Shown here: one piece after another, positions 1-10,300 of the stretch | Layout: each line of letters begins with the position of its first letter | Position numbering within the stretch: the stretch's first letter is position 1 | Source: an uncultured Bacillota bacterium | GTDB taxonomy: Bacteria; Bacillota; DTU084 | Direction of reading: 5' to 3' | Assembly (NCBI GenBank): GCA_937888735.1 | Contig: CALASN010000164.1 | Location: 26,643-90,642 of the forward strand | Length of the DNA: 64,000 bases | The notes under the pieces: generated by a model | What the model was told of the DNA's origin: nothing | The model's input: the letters and a program-made list of their open reading frames with translations, nothing else | Databases searched by the model: none | Program-made: the position numbers and the translations under genes

Positions 1-1190
1 GGACTAGCCGTTGCCTGAGGCCAGTCGCAGTACGGCTGCCGGATGTGCTGACAACAGCTAAAGTGGGTGATGTTTTAGGAATTAACGCGTTTCCCTATTT
101 TGCCTCCGGCGCCGCTCACAATCCTCGACCCGAGGAAGAAGAAAAAATCATGTTTCAGCGGCAGCTTGCTTGGGTCAAAGAGGCGAAGATCAAGTATAAC
201 CGCTGGTGGTTTTTCATCAGCGCAGGGGTTAAACCTTATCTTGACATCGGCGCTACCTTTATAACCTGGATGCAAACGGATCCTGAAAAAATCAAACAAG
301 CTAATAACCTTGGGATTTGGTTGTTTGCCAGCAGCAACGAACCTAATTTTTCCGGAATCTCCCCGCAGCAGTGCGTGGCCAAGCTGCAGGAATGTTATCA
401 GGCGATGAAGGCAGTAAATCCTAAAAACATCATGGCAGCTCCGGTTGTGGGCATCGATGCGGAAGACTGGCTGCGGCAATTCTATGAGGCCGGAGGGAAA
501 GAATACTTTGATGTTTGCGATTTTCACGTTTATCAACAGAAGAGTTTACCTGTGCCCCAGGGGTTGGCGCCCGGTTCTCCTGAAGGGGTTTTGCTGCAGT
601 TAGCCCGTCTTAAACAAATCATGGCAGAGTATGGAGATGAAGCCAAACCGATTATCATCACCGAGACGGGTTGTCCCACTTACAGCGGCTATGACTGGGC
701 TGTGGGAAGCACCCTCGAGATGCAGGCCAACTTTGTGGTTCGCGCTCATGTGCTCATGCTTGCCTCCGGCGTGCAGAGAATTTTTTGGTATGCGCTGCAG
801 GACGAAGGGACGGATCCGGACGAAATGGAAGAGAACTTTGGTTTGGTGGATTATGAAGGAAACCCTAAACCAGCATACTTTGCTTATCAAACCATGAGCC
901 GGCAGCTGGGCGAGACCATCTACCGCAGTCCCATAGCCGGCCTCGCCAATCCCAGCTATGGCTACAGTTTTGAAAAGCTCGGCGGCGGGTTTGTCAGCTG
1001 TCTATGGGACGCCCGAGGGCAGAGCACAGTAACGCTTCAGTTGGCAGACGGTCAGGTGGCGCTTGTGAGGCAGAACGGCGAGCGTCAAGTCTTGCCTAAT
1101 CCCACAGGGATCTTGACGCTCACTGTTTCCGAAGCTCCGCTTTATCTTCACTCCGCTCAACCGCTGAAGGTAATCAGCGTACGGCGGTAA
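1..1190 (+). CDS. 5'-truncated (window edge) clan GH-A TIM-barrel glycoside hydrolase (GH5-like). Third paralog of the 4101/7356 family, ending right after the catalytic region and lacking their ~370-aa C-terminal domain
   Basis: Reading frame is open from nt 3. The translation ...RPVAVRLPDVLTTAKVGDVLGINAFPY aligns with ...EPAAVRLPGVLAVEKVGDVFGVNAFPY of both paralogs. NEPNF and ITETGCPTY motifs are present. Confidence 0.75.
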   Translation, partial: TSRCLRPVAVRLPDVLTTAKVGDVLGINAFPYFASGAAHNPRPEEEEKIMFQRQLAWVKEAKIKYNRWWFFISAGVKPYLDIGATFITWMQTDPEKIKQANNLGIWLFASSNEPNFSGISPQQCVAKLQECYQAMKAVNPKNIMAAPVVGIDAEDWLRQFYEAGGKEYFDVCDFHVYQQKSLPVPQGLAPGSPEGVLLQLARLKQIMAEYGDEAKPIIITETGCPTYSGYDWAVGSTLEMQANFVVRAHVLMLASGVQRIFWYALQDEGTDPDEMEENFGLVDYEGNPKPAYFAYQTMSRQLGETIYRSPIAGLANPSYGYSFEKLGGGFVSCLWDARGQSTVTLQLADGQVALVRQNGERQVLPNPTGILTLTVSEAPLYLHSAQPLKVISVRR

Positions 1191-1224
1191 ATTGGCACTT
1201 TATCCAAAAGGGGGAGTTTGCGAA

Positions 1225-3999
1225 ATGAAGAAATTTGCGATTGCCTTTTTCCTTTGTCTTCTGGCCTTCAGCCTGGGTGCGGCGGCCGCAATTCAAATCA
1301 TTGATTTAACTTATAGTCTGCCGGATATTCCGGAACAAGATTCGGATATTATCTCTCAGGATCCAAATTTTAAAAAAATCAATGACGGAAAGATGCTCAC
1401 CGGCGGAGATACGGCTCTTTTCGGAGGCTGGAATTCCAGCAAAGCGATAATCATCGATGTGGATCTGCAAAGGCCGGTTGAGATTGCAAAAATCCAGATT
1501 TGGACCAGTGAATCCGAAACTAATCATCACATGAAAAGCTATAAAGTCTATACCAGCGCGGATCAGGTCTCTTACTCTTTAGTCCGCGAAGTGATCAATC
1601 CCGAACCAAAATTGACGGAAAAACCGGCAACGACGAAGTGTTATCCAAGCAGCGCGGAAAACTTGGGGGTTCGCTCCCGCTATCTGAGGATAGAAGCTTA
1701 TGGTGATCCTACCGCTTATCAGCAAATTATCCAGGAATTGGAGGTTTTCGGGCAAGAATTGCCATACTTGTCCGCAGCAGCGCAGGTAGCTTTGCCCAGA
1801 GCGGGTCAGGAGCTGGCAATCACAGCCAAGGCGATGCCCGGCGCCGCGCTCTCTTTGGCGATCGTGAATTCAGCCTCGGAAGTCGTGAAAAACCTGGGCG
1901 CCAGCTCGCTTGAGACCGTAAGCGTATCTTGGAACGGTAAGGATGAGGAGGGGAACTATGTTCCATCCGGCATGTACTATGCCCGCGGCACGTTCTCTCA
2001 GGGAAGCGACGTCACGGAGAAAAAGCTGCCGCTCTTCATTGATCTCACAGGGCCGCGCGATAGCGCAATAACGAACGTCGGCTATGTTTATCCCGAGGAT
2101 CCCCAGCAGGATAGCGAAGTCTTCTCTTCAGATCCGCAGTGTAATCAGCTTACAGACGGCGGCATCGGCTGGGGCGGTAATACTTCCATTAACAGCACTT
2201 GGAATGCCAAAGACAAGCGAATCATCATCGTCTTTGATCTGCAGCGGCTGCGCGAACTGCATGAAGTAAAGCTTTGGACCAACGAGTTTAACGCGGGAAC
2301 CAGGATCGGCGGCTATGAGCTGCTCGTCAGCGACGACGGCACAGATTTCGCGCCCGTGACAACTGTGTACAATCACGTACCTTATCGACTTGTTACACCC
2401 GTCAACACAGAGATTTTCTCCCTCGACGCCAAGCTGAGTGTAAGGGCTCGTTACGTGAAGATCGTCGCTTTTCCCAGCGGGCGGATCGGTAATTTTTTCA
2501 TTGACGAGGTGCAATTTTGGGGAGAGGCCCTGCCGCAGCTGGAACTTTTGCCAGACGCGATTTCTCCGGCTTTGGGACAAAAAGTGGCGATTGCCTATGA
2601 AGCGGCCGGCGCTGCCCAAATAGAAATTCTCAACGCGCAAGGAGAGATGGTCCGCTCGTTCAGTCCGGCTGCGGCCGGCGGGCTTATAAACTGGGATGGG
2701 AAAACAGAGGAAGGAACAATTCTCGCCGATGGCGCCTATACCGTACGGCTGGAGTCCTGCGAGCGGACAGTGACCTTGAAAAGTCAGGGCCCTGCCGCGC
2801 CAAATATTTCCTCGCCGGCGCTTCCCCTGGAAGGCATTTTGGAGCACAATCAGGACTTGCTGCTGCTCACAGGAAAAGCGGAGGAAGCGGCAACCATCAA
2901 AGTCTTCTCCGGAGCTGAGCAGAGCGAAATCGCTCAGGGACCCTGCCAGCTTTCAGGAGCTTTCAGCGTCAATGTTCCTTTGACAGAAGGCGATAATGAG
3001 CTCGAGGTTTGGGCCTTTGACGAGTTTGGCAACCCCAGCGCCGCAGGCTTGAGCTTCATCGTAAATTATGATCCCCGGCGTCCGTTTGGCATTCCCACCA
3101 TCGTCAATGGGGATTTGCTTTCGCCGGCAAATGCCGACGGTTACCTGGACCAGCTGGCAGTCTCTTTTTACCTGAGGCCTGCCGGTACCGCCTACCTGAA
3201 GGTTCGGGACCATGCCGGCAGTGAAGTGGCTCTGAAAGAGAAAGAGACGGCAGGCGAAGAAGAGATCGCTTTGCTTTGGGATGGCAGGCAAACTGAGTTT
3301 GTGGCGGATGGGATTTACACAGTTGAGGTTGGAGCGAGAGTCGGGGGAGAAGAGATTCGCTTTTTCACGCGAACTGTGAGGGTGGATAACGAGCCGCCGC
3401 AGGATCCAATTTTGCTATATCCGGCTGCAAATGCCGCACTCACCAAGCAAGGCTTGAAATTCAGCTGGGAAAAAGTGGCTGATGCGGCATATTATTTGTT
3501 TTACCTGGGGACGGAAGAGGATCTCCGCCCGCAGACTCCCATGGAGAGCAAGGCGGCTGAACTTGCGGTTAATCTGGAAGCTAAGGGAACTTATTATTGG
3601 CAGGTCAAGGCAGTGGATGAAGCGGGCAATATTTCGGCAGGAAGCGATGCTTCTTTTGTAGTTACAGATCTTGATACCAGCGCTTTCAACCTCAGCAATT
3701 TTGCCATGACTCCCAACCCGTTTACCCCTGGCACTGGCAGGAGAGAAAAGCTTGCCATCAGCTTCAGCCTGCAGCAGGAAGGAGAGGTAACGGTAACTAT
3801 TTATAACTTGGCAGGAAAGCTTGTGAAAAAGCTGCCCGCCGGATGGCTCCAAGCTGGAGATTATCTTTTCACTTGGGACGGCGCCGATGAGCGGGGCAAA
3901 GCGGCGCAAAAGGGCCCGTATCTTGTGAGAGTCACGGCGGCGAATCCTCTTTCCGGCCCTGTGGCTGCCATAACAAGGCCGGTGTTGCTGCTAAAGTAG
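1225..3999 (+). CDS. Secreted multidomain binding/scaffold protein with no catalytic domain. It has a signal peptide, two copies of the ~130-aa beta-sandwich module found at the N-terminus of the GH paralogs, and at least four FlgD-Ig-like modules (WDG...G.Y motif).
   Basis: Hydrophobic N-terminus (MKKFAIAFFLCLLAFSLGAAAA) with a GGGGGAG RBS 7 nt upstream of ATG 1225. The module recurs at aa ~25-160 and ~300-440 and is homologous to GH residues 30-170. FlgD-Ig-like motifs are VSWNGKDEEGNYVPSGMYY, INWDGKTEEGTILADGAYTV, LLWDGRQTEFVADGIYTV and FTWDGADERGKAAQKGPYLV. Confidence 0.7.
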   Translation: MKKFAIAFFLCLLAFSLGAAAAIQIIDLTYSLPDIPEQDSDIISQDPNFKKINDGKMLTGGDTALFGGWNSSKAIIIDVDLQRPVEIAKIQIWTSESETNHHMKSYKVYTSADQVSYSLVREVINPEPKLTEKPATTKCYPSSAENLGVRSRYLRIEAYGDPTAYQQIIQELEVFGQELPYLSAAAQVALPRAGQELAITAKAMPGAALSLAIVNSASEVVKNLGASSLETVSVSWNGKDEEGNYVPSGMYYARGTFSQGSDVTEKKLPLFIDLTGPRDSAITNVGYVYPEDPQQDSEVFSSDPQCNQLTDGGIGWGGNTSINSTWNAKDKRIIIVFDLQRLRELHEVKLWTNEFNAGTRIGGYELLVSDDGTDFAPVTTVYNHVPYRLVTPVNTEIFSLDAKLSVRARYVKIVAFPSGRIGNFFIDEVQFWGEALPQLELLPDAISPALGQKVAIAYEAAGAAQIEILNAQGEMVRSFSPAAAGGLINWDGKTEEGTILADGAYTVRLESCERTVTLKSQGPAAPNISSPALPLEGILEHNQDLLLLTGKAEEAATIKVFSGAEQSEIAQGPCQLSGAFSVNVPLTEGDNELEVWAFDEFGNPSAAGLSFIVNYDPRRPFGIPTIVNGDLLSPANADGYLDQLAVSFYLRPAGTAYLKVRDHAGSEVALKEKETAGEEEIALLWDGRQTEFVADGIYTVEVGARVGGEEIRFFTRTVRVDNEPPQDPILLYPAANAALTKQGLKFSWEKVADAAYYLFYLGTEEDLRPQTPMESKAAELAVNLEAKGTYYWQVKAVDEAGNISAGSDASFVVTDLDTSAFNLSNFAMTPNPFTPGTGRREKLAISFSLQQEGEVTVTIYNLAGKLVKKLPAGWLQAGDYLFTWDGADERGKAAQKGPYLVRVTAANPLSGPVAAITRPVLLLK

Positions 4000-4011
4000 A
4001 TTTATTGAGGC

Positions 4012-4040
4012 GCTGAGAGGGAGCCTTTTGCCTCTCAGCC
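4012..4040 (+). terminator. 9-bp perfect inverted repeat hairpin (GCTGAGAGG...CCTCTCAGC) after the 1225..3999 gene. There is no U-tract, so it may be an attenuator or processing hairpin.
   Basis: Inverted repeat read directly from the sequence. Confidence 0.3.
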
Positions 4041-4100
4041 CCCGCAACGGACAATGGCAGATTTGAAGCTGGGAATGTGAACGCGATGGGAGGTTGAAGG

Positions 4101-7100
4101 TTGGTGAAGCTAAAGAAAGTTTGTCTCTGGCTTTTGATTATAGCGGCGCTGTTTGCTTCCGCCGCCTTGGCGGAGAAAATCCAGGGAATCACTTACACTT
4201 ATCCTGACGAGCCGGGTCAAGATCGGGATATTCCAAACCAGGATCCGCTCCAGACAAAACTGGTCGACGGAATCATAGGCGGCGGAGGTGCCGGCGCAGT
4301 TTGGGGACAGTGGCAGGGGAATAAAGCCATTGTGCGCTTCGATTTGAAACGGAGATATAAGCTCTCTGCCATTGAGATCTGGACCAGTGAAGGGCTGGTA
4401 AACCAGCATCTAGGGCGGGTGGAAATCCTCTCCAGCACTGATGGCAGCGATTATCGCAGAGTCGGTACGCTCAGGAATCCTCAGGAACCGTTAAAGGAAA
4501 AACCTTTGCAGGATAATATTTATTCGTTCTGTGATAAAGATTTGAATTTTGAAGCCAGATACGTCAAACTTACGTTTTATCAGGATAACCTCACTGCCGG
4601 CATTTACCAGCAGGTAATCGAGGAAGTTTGCCTCTGGGGGGAGCCGCTTCCCTTCAGTTACGATTCCCAAATGCCGCCTGTCGAGTTTACTGCTGAGGTC
4701 AATACTTACTCTTCCGTGCGTTTGGAAATTGGCGATTATCTGCAGCGCAATCCCCAGGCTGCTGATTTGCGCGTTTTCGTTGCGGAAGAAGATTTTCGCG
4801 ATGTGGAAGGCAAGGAAGAGTACCGTCAGTGGTGGTATTTGAATGCTCAGAAGCAGACTGTGATCGTAAACGGCTTGACGCCCAATCACACGTATTATAT
4901 AGCGGCAGCTGGGGTGAGCGCGGGTGACAAGCAGCTGCGCTACCTGGAGCCTGCGGCCGTGAGGCTGCCCGGAGTGTTGGCTGTGGAGAAGGTAGGCGAT
5001 GTGTTCGGAGTCAACGCCTTTCCGTATATAGAAACAGGCGCCTCTCACCAGAGGCGAAGCCCTGAGGAAGAGCGAGAGATGTTTCAGCGGCAAATTAAAC
5101 TGGCGCAGGAAGCGGGAATCAAATATAACCGCTGGTGGCGCAATTACTCGTCGGGATTGCTCCCGTATGTCAACGCTGGGATCACCTTTTTGACCGGGCT
5201 GCAGGCTGACGAACAATATATCAGTCAGAGCAACAGCTACGGAACCTGGTTTTTTGAAGGAGGCAACGAGCCTAATTTTGCCGGCACTAAACCCGAGGAG
5301 TATGTGGCCATAATCAAAGAAGGATATAAGGCCATAAAAGCTGTCAACGCAGAAAACATCCTGGCAGCGCCGGTGGTCGGTCCTTCAGACTGGCTGCGGG
5401 AGTTTTATGAAGCCGGCGGAAAAGACTACTTCGATGTGATGGATACGCATCTCTACCCGGCAACGGCATCCCCCGTGCCTGAAGGCCTGCCCAAGGGCGC
5501 GCCGGAGGCGATCTTATTAGCTGTGCAAGAACTGAAAGAGATAATGGCTGATTATCATGATGCGGACAAACCCTTGATCATAACGGAAACGGGCTCTCCA
5601 ACATATACAGGCCGCAGCTGGGCAGTGAGAGGCCTGTCTCAGGAAGAACAGGCCCAAAATATCGTCCGGATTTATTTGCACCTAATCGCCGGTGGCTTCA
5701 AAAGAATATTTTTATATGCGCTGCAGGACGAGGGAACAGATCTCAACAATATGGAGCATAACTTTGGGATCGTAGATTACGAGGGAAAGCCAAAGCTGGC
5801 TTATTACGCATACCAGACCATGACCGGCCAGCTGGGAGAAACTCTCTTTGACGGCCCCTTGAATGGGACGGAAAATCCTTATTACGGCTATCAATTTAAA
5901 AAGTTAGCGCAAACCGGATATATTAGCTGCCTGTGGGATGCGGCCGGCAAAAGCGAGGCGCTCTTAAAGCTCGCCGCAGGAGAGGATGAGGTTATCGTCT
6001 ATGATTTGTTCGGGCACGGACGGGAACTGACGGCCGGCGAGCAACTGACGCTCACGATCTCGGAGAGCCCAATCTACATCCATACTAAAGCGCCGCTTGT
6101 GGTCCAGAGCGCCAAACGGCTGCCACCGCCGCCGACATTAAAGGTGGCGGCCTCCTTACCCAGCGATGTGTTGCTGGCAGGAGATAACTCAAGTTTAAAC
6201 GTGAGCTTGAACAGTACTTTACCCGGAACAGTTCGGGGCACGGTGTCGGTTGAAGGAGAGTTTCAAGCAAGCCCGAGAGATTTTGAAATTACGGACGAAG
6301 CTATCTTAGAGCTGCCGCTTATTTTGCCAAGAAACGCCGCGCCGGGTGTATACATGCTCACAATTAAAGTAGAACTGCCTAAACAAAAAGTTGGCAGCAC
6401 GAATGTGTCGGGAGTACAGGAATTAAAACTTAATTTTTGGCTAGCGTCTCCGTTAGGAGCTAAACCTACCATCTACAAACAGGATTTTACTGGGGACGGC
6501 AGCGAACAGATTCTGCTGACGAACGAAAAGTTGGAAGCCCTGATTGCGCCCGAATTCGGCGGCAGGCTGATTCTGCTGATCGATAAAGAATCCAAAACGA
6601 ATCAGCTCAATGCCGATCTGAAGGAATTCAGCACATCTTGTTCCGGGTCCGGCCTGGGTTTTTGGGATGCGCTTGGCACCTGGACTGCAGATTTGTGGCG
6701 GGCGAAATATGATTATCAGTTGGTAGACTCAGAACAGAACATTGGGGTGAGCATGCAGGCGACGGGACAATCAGGTGTGGTGGTGAGCAAACAGATCTTA
6801 TTGCCTGATTCCAGTGGATGCCTGAATTATAAACTCAAGTTTTTTAATCCCACAAATAGCGAGCTAACGATAAATTACACTACTCATCCGGAATTCACCC
6901 CCGGCGGCGTAGCTGATAGTTACTCGGATGTAATCTATTTACCCTCTAAAGCGGAAATCAGAAAATATCCGTATGTTTCCACCTTGGGAGATCGGGGTTC
7001 TGCAGAGGTAGACCAAGGCTGGTGGGCGATCACAGATCCCAAGGAAAAAGTAATGCTGGGGGCGGTCTTCGATGAGAAGAAGGTCGAAAGCATTAGACAA

Positions 7101-7250
7101 TGGTGGGGAGATGAGGCTTTTAATCTTGAACTGAGCCTCAAACCATTCCAGTTGGCGCCTAAAGAGGAATACGCGTTTGATACGCTATATTTCATAAAGC
7201 AAAGCGACGACTTTCAAGCCATTAAGGAAGAATGGCTCAAACGCAGATGA
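4101..7250 (+). CDS. Giant secreted multidomain glycoside hydrolase. Domain order: signal peptide, beta-sandwich (CBM-like) module, Fn3-like domain, clan GH-A TIM barrel (GH5-like, NEP acid/base and ITETG nucleophile motifs), and a ~370-aa C-terminal domain of unknown function.
   Basis: 1049-aa ORF with a TTG/GTG start and GGGAGG RBS. Motifs GGNEPNF and ITETGSPTY. Fn3-like GLTPNHTYYIA. About 70% identical to ORF 7356..10514. Confidence 0.85.
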   Translation: MVKLKKVCLWLLIIAALFASAALAEKIQGITYTYPDEPGQDRDIPNQDPLQTKLVDGIIGGGGAGAVWGQWQGNKAIVRFDLKRRYKLSAIEIWTSEGLVNQHLGRVEILSSTDGSDYRRVGTLRNPQEPLKEKPLQDNIYSFCDKDLNFEARYVKLTFYQDNLTAGIYQQVIEEVCLWGEPLPFSYDSQMPPVEFTAEVNTYSSVRLEIGDYLQRNPQAADLRVFVAEEDFRDVEGKEEYRQWWYLNAQKQTVIVNGLTPNHTYYIAAAGVSAGDKQLRYLEPAAVRLPGVLAVEKVGDVFGVNAFPYIETGASHQRRSPEEEREMFQRQIKLAQEAGIKYNRWWRNYSSGLLPYVNAGITFLTGLQADEQYISQSNSYGTWFFEGGNEPNFAGTKPEEYVAIIKEGYKAIKAVNAENILAAPVVGPSDWLREFYEAGGKDYFDVMDTHLYPATASPVPEGLPKGAPEAILLAVQELKEIMADYHDADKPLIITETGSPTYTGRSWAVRGLSQEEQAQNIVRIYLHLIAGGFKRIFLYALQDEGTDLNNMEHNFGIVDYEGKPKLAYYAYQTMTGQLGETLFDGPLNGTENPYYGYQFKKLAQTGYISCLWDAAGKSEALLKLAAGEDEVIVYDLFGHGRELTAGEQLTLTISESPIYIHTKAPLVVQSAKRLPPPPTLKVAASLPSDVLLAGDNSSLNVSLNSTLPGTVRGTVSVEGEFQASPRDFEITDEAILELPLILPRNAAPGVYMLTIKVELPKQKVGSTNVSGVQELKLNFWLASPLGAKPTIYKQDFTGDGSEQILLTNEKLEALIAPEFGGRLILLIDKESKTNQLNADLKEFSTSCSGSGLGFWDALGTWTADLWRAKYDYQLVDSEQNIGVSMQATGQSGVVVSKQILLPDSSGCLNYKLKFFNPTNSELTINYTTHPEFTPGGVADSYSDVIYLPSKAEIRKYPYVSTLGDRGSAEVDQGWWAITDPKEKVMLGAVFDEKKVESIRQWWGDEAFNLELSLKPFQLAPKEEYAFDTLYFIKQSDDFQAIKEEWLKRR

Positions 7251-7338
7251 TTCCCACTGGAGGAAAATTACGGCCTGCAAATCCGCCGCGTTCCGTGGGG
7301 ACTATTTGAAGTTGTTGCTCATTTTAACTTTACGAACG

Positions 7339-7368
7339 CGATGGGAGGTTGAAGGTTGGTGAAGCAAA
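7339..7368 (+). repeat. 30/30-nt direct duplicate of 4081..4110 (RBS plus start codon region of the tandem GH paralogs). Similarity extends about 40 nt upstream and into the signal-peptide codons.
   Basis: acgcgatgggaggttgaaggttggtgaagc occurs at both sites. Confidence 0.8.
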
Positions 7369-10300
7369 AGAAAGTTTGTTTTTGGTTTTTGATTATAATA
7401 GCAATGTTTGCTTCCGCCGCCTTGGCGGAGAAAATTCAGGGTATCTCCTACACTTATCCTGACGAGCCAGGCCAAGATTCGGATATTCCACACCAGGATC
7501 CTCTCCGGACAAAATTAACAGATGGAAACATCGGCGCAGGCGGCGGCAGCGCAGTTTGGGGACAGTGGCAGGGGAATAAAGCCATTGTGCGCTTTGATCT
7601 GAAACGGAAATACAATCTCTCTGCCATTGAGATTTGGACCCGCGAAGATTCAAAAGACCAACATCTCGGACGGGTGGAAATCCTCTCCAGCACAAATGGC
7701 AGCGATTATCGCAGGGTCCGTACGCTCAGGAATCCCCGGGAACCGTTAAAGGAAAAACCCTTGAAGCCTAATATTTATTCGTTCGGGGCTCAGGACTTGA
7801 ATGTTGAGGCCAGATACCTAAAACTTACGTTTTATCAGGATAACCTCACTGCCGGCATTTATCAGCAGGTGATTGAGGAAGTTTACCTCTGGGGGGAACC
7901 GCTTCCTTTCGGTTACGATCAAAAAATGCCGCCGGTTGAGTTTACAGCCAAAGTAAATACTTACTCTTCCGTGCGTTTGGAAATTGGCGATTACCTGCAG
8001 CGTAATCCCCGGGCAGCTGATTTGCGCGTTTTCGTTGCGGAAGAAGATTTTCGCGATGCGGAAGGCAAGGAAGAGTACCGTCAGTGGTGGTATTTGGACG
8101 ATCGGAAGCAGACTGTAATCGTAAACGGCTTGACGCCCAATCACACGTATTACATAGCTGCGGCCGGTTTGAGCGCGGATGACAAGCAGCTGCGCTACCT
8201 GGAGCCTGCGGCCGTGAGGCTGCCCGGAGTATTGGCTGTGGAGAAGGTAGGCGATGTGTTCGGAGTCAACGCCTTTCCGTATATAGAAACAGGCTCCTCT
8301 CACCAGATGCGAAGCCCTGAGGCGGAGCGGGAAATGTTTCAACTGCAAGTTGAATTGGCTCAGGAAGCGGGGATCAAATATAACCGCTGGTGGCGTAATT
8401 ACCCGTCAGGCCTTATCCCTTACGTCAATGCGGGCGTCACTTACCAAGTCTTTCTGCCCCAAGACGCGAAGTCAGTCAAAGATACTAACGACTATGGTTC
8501 CTGGCTCTTTGGCGCTGGCAATGAAACAAATCTCAGCGGCACGCAGCCGACAGACTATGTGAAAAGCCTCAAGGAAGGCTATCAGATGATGAAAGCTGTG
8601 AGCCCAGAGAATATGCTGGCGGCGCCGGTGATTCATAGCATTCAGGCCGCGGATTGGCTGCGAGGCTTTTACCAGGCCGGAGGTAAGGACTATTTCGACG
8701 TGATGGATATTCACATTTACCAACAATCCGCCTTACCTGTACCCGAAGGGCTGCCGCAAGGCTCGCCTGAAGGAATGCTGCTGCAAGTGGCGGAGCTGAA
8801 GAAAATTATGAAAGAGTACGGCGACCAGGCGAAGCCGCTCATTACCACAGAGACCGGTTGTCCCACTTATACGGGACGCAGTTGGGCAGTCCGGGGTACC
8901 ACCCAAGAGCAGCAGGCGAACAATATCGTCAGGATGCATTTGCATCTCATCGCCAGCGGCTTCCGCAGGATTTTCTGGTATGCGTTTCAAGATGAAGGAA
9001 CAGATTTGAACAATATGGAGCATAACTTCGGCGTCATTGATTATCACGGCAAGCCAAAGCTAGCTTATTATGCGTACAAAACCATGCTCCGCCAACTGGG
9101 GGAAACGCTCTACCACAGCAGCCTGAAAGGCGCGGAGAATCCCTATTACGGTTATTCGTTCAAGAAGCTGAATGGCGAGGGATATATCTCTTGCCTGTGG
9201 GACGCGGCAGGCAAAAGCGAAGCGATCCTGAAGCTCGCCGCAGAAGAGGGTAAGGTTATCGTCTCTGATCTGTTCGGGAGCGGGAGGGAGCTGACAGCCG
9301 GCGAGCAACTGACGCTTACGATCTCTGAAAGTCCTATTTACATCCATACCAAAGCGCCCATTGTTGTCCTGAGCGCCAAGAGGCTGCCGCCGCCGCCTTC
9401 TTTGAATGTTTCGGCTTCCTTGCCCGATGATATTATGCTGGCCGGAGAAGACAGCGGCTTGAGCGTGAGATTCAACAGCACTTTACCTGGGACTGTTTCT
9501 GGCAATGTATCTGTTGAAGGCCCGTTCCCAGTAGAACAGCGGAAATTTGCCGTGACAGACGAAACGATCTTGGCGCTGCCGCTTGTTTTGCCTAAGAGCG
9601 CCGCGCCGGGCCTATACGCGCTCAAAATCAAAGTGGAGCTTCCCAAACAGAAAGTGGGCGGCATGAATGTGTCGGGGGTACAGGAGCTAAAGCTCAATTT
9701 TTGGTTGGCCGCTCCGGCAGACGCTAAACCTGCCGTTTACAAACGGGATTTCACAGGAGACGGCAGCGAACAGATCCTGCTGACAAACGAAAAGTGGGAA
9801 ATTTTGCTCGCGCCGGAATTCGGAGGCAGACTTATTTTATTAATTGATAAAGCCTCCAAAACCAATCAGTTAAATGCGGACTTCGCTGATTTCAGCAAAG
9901 CGTGCACAGGCGCAGGTTTGGGACTGTGGGATGCGCTCGGCTCTTTTACCGCAGATTTATGGAATGGGAAATACGAATATAACGTTATCGAATCTGAACG
10001 GCAAATAGGCATTAACCTGCAGGCAACGGGCAAATCTGGAGTCCGCGTGAATAAACAGCTTATTTTGCCAAGCTCAGAGGATTATTTCGCTTATAAGGTG
10101 AATTTTACTAATCCCACGGGCCGGCAGCTGACGGTGAATTATAGCACCCATCCCGAATTTACGCCCGGCGGAACTGCGGACAGCACCAGGGATTCTCTTC
10201 AGCTTCCGACGCAGGGAGGAATTAAGAACTTCCCTTACGTTTCCGCGCTGGGAGAGAGAGGCTCTTTGGAACTGACTGAAGGATGGTATGCAATTGCGGA

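Noticed and set aside
4071-4100. TGTGAACGCGATGG upstream of both tandem GH genes as a CcpA cre site.
   Set aside because: It mismatches the cre consensus TGWAANCGNTNWCA at several key positions. The conservation is explained by the tandem duplication itself.
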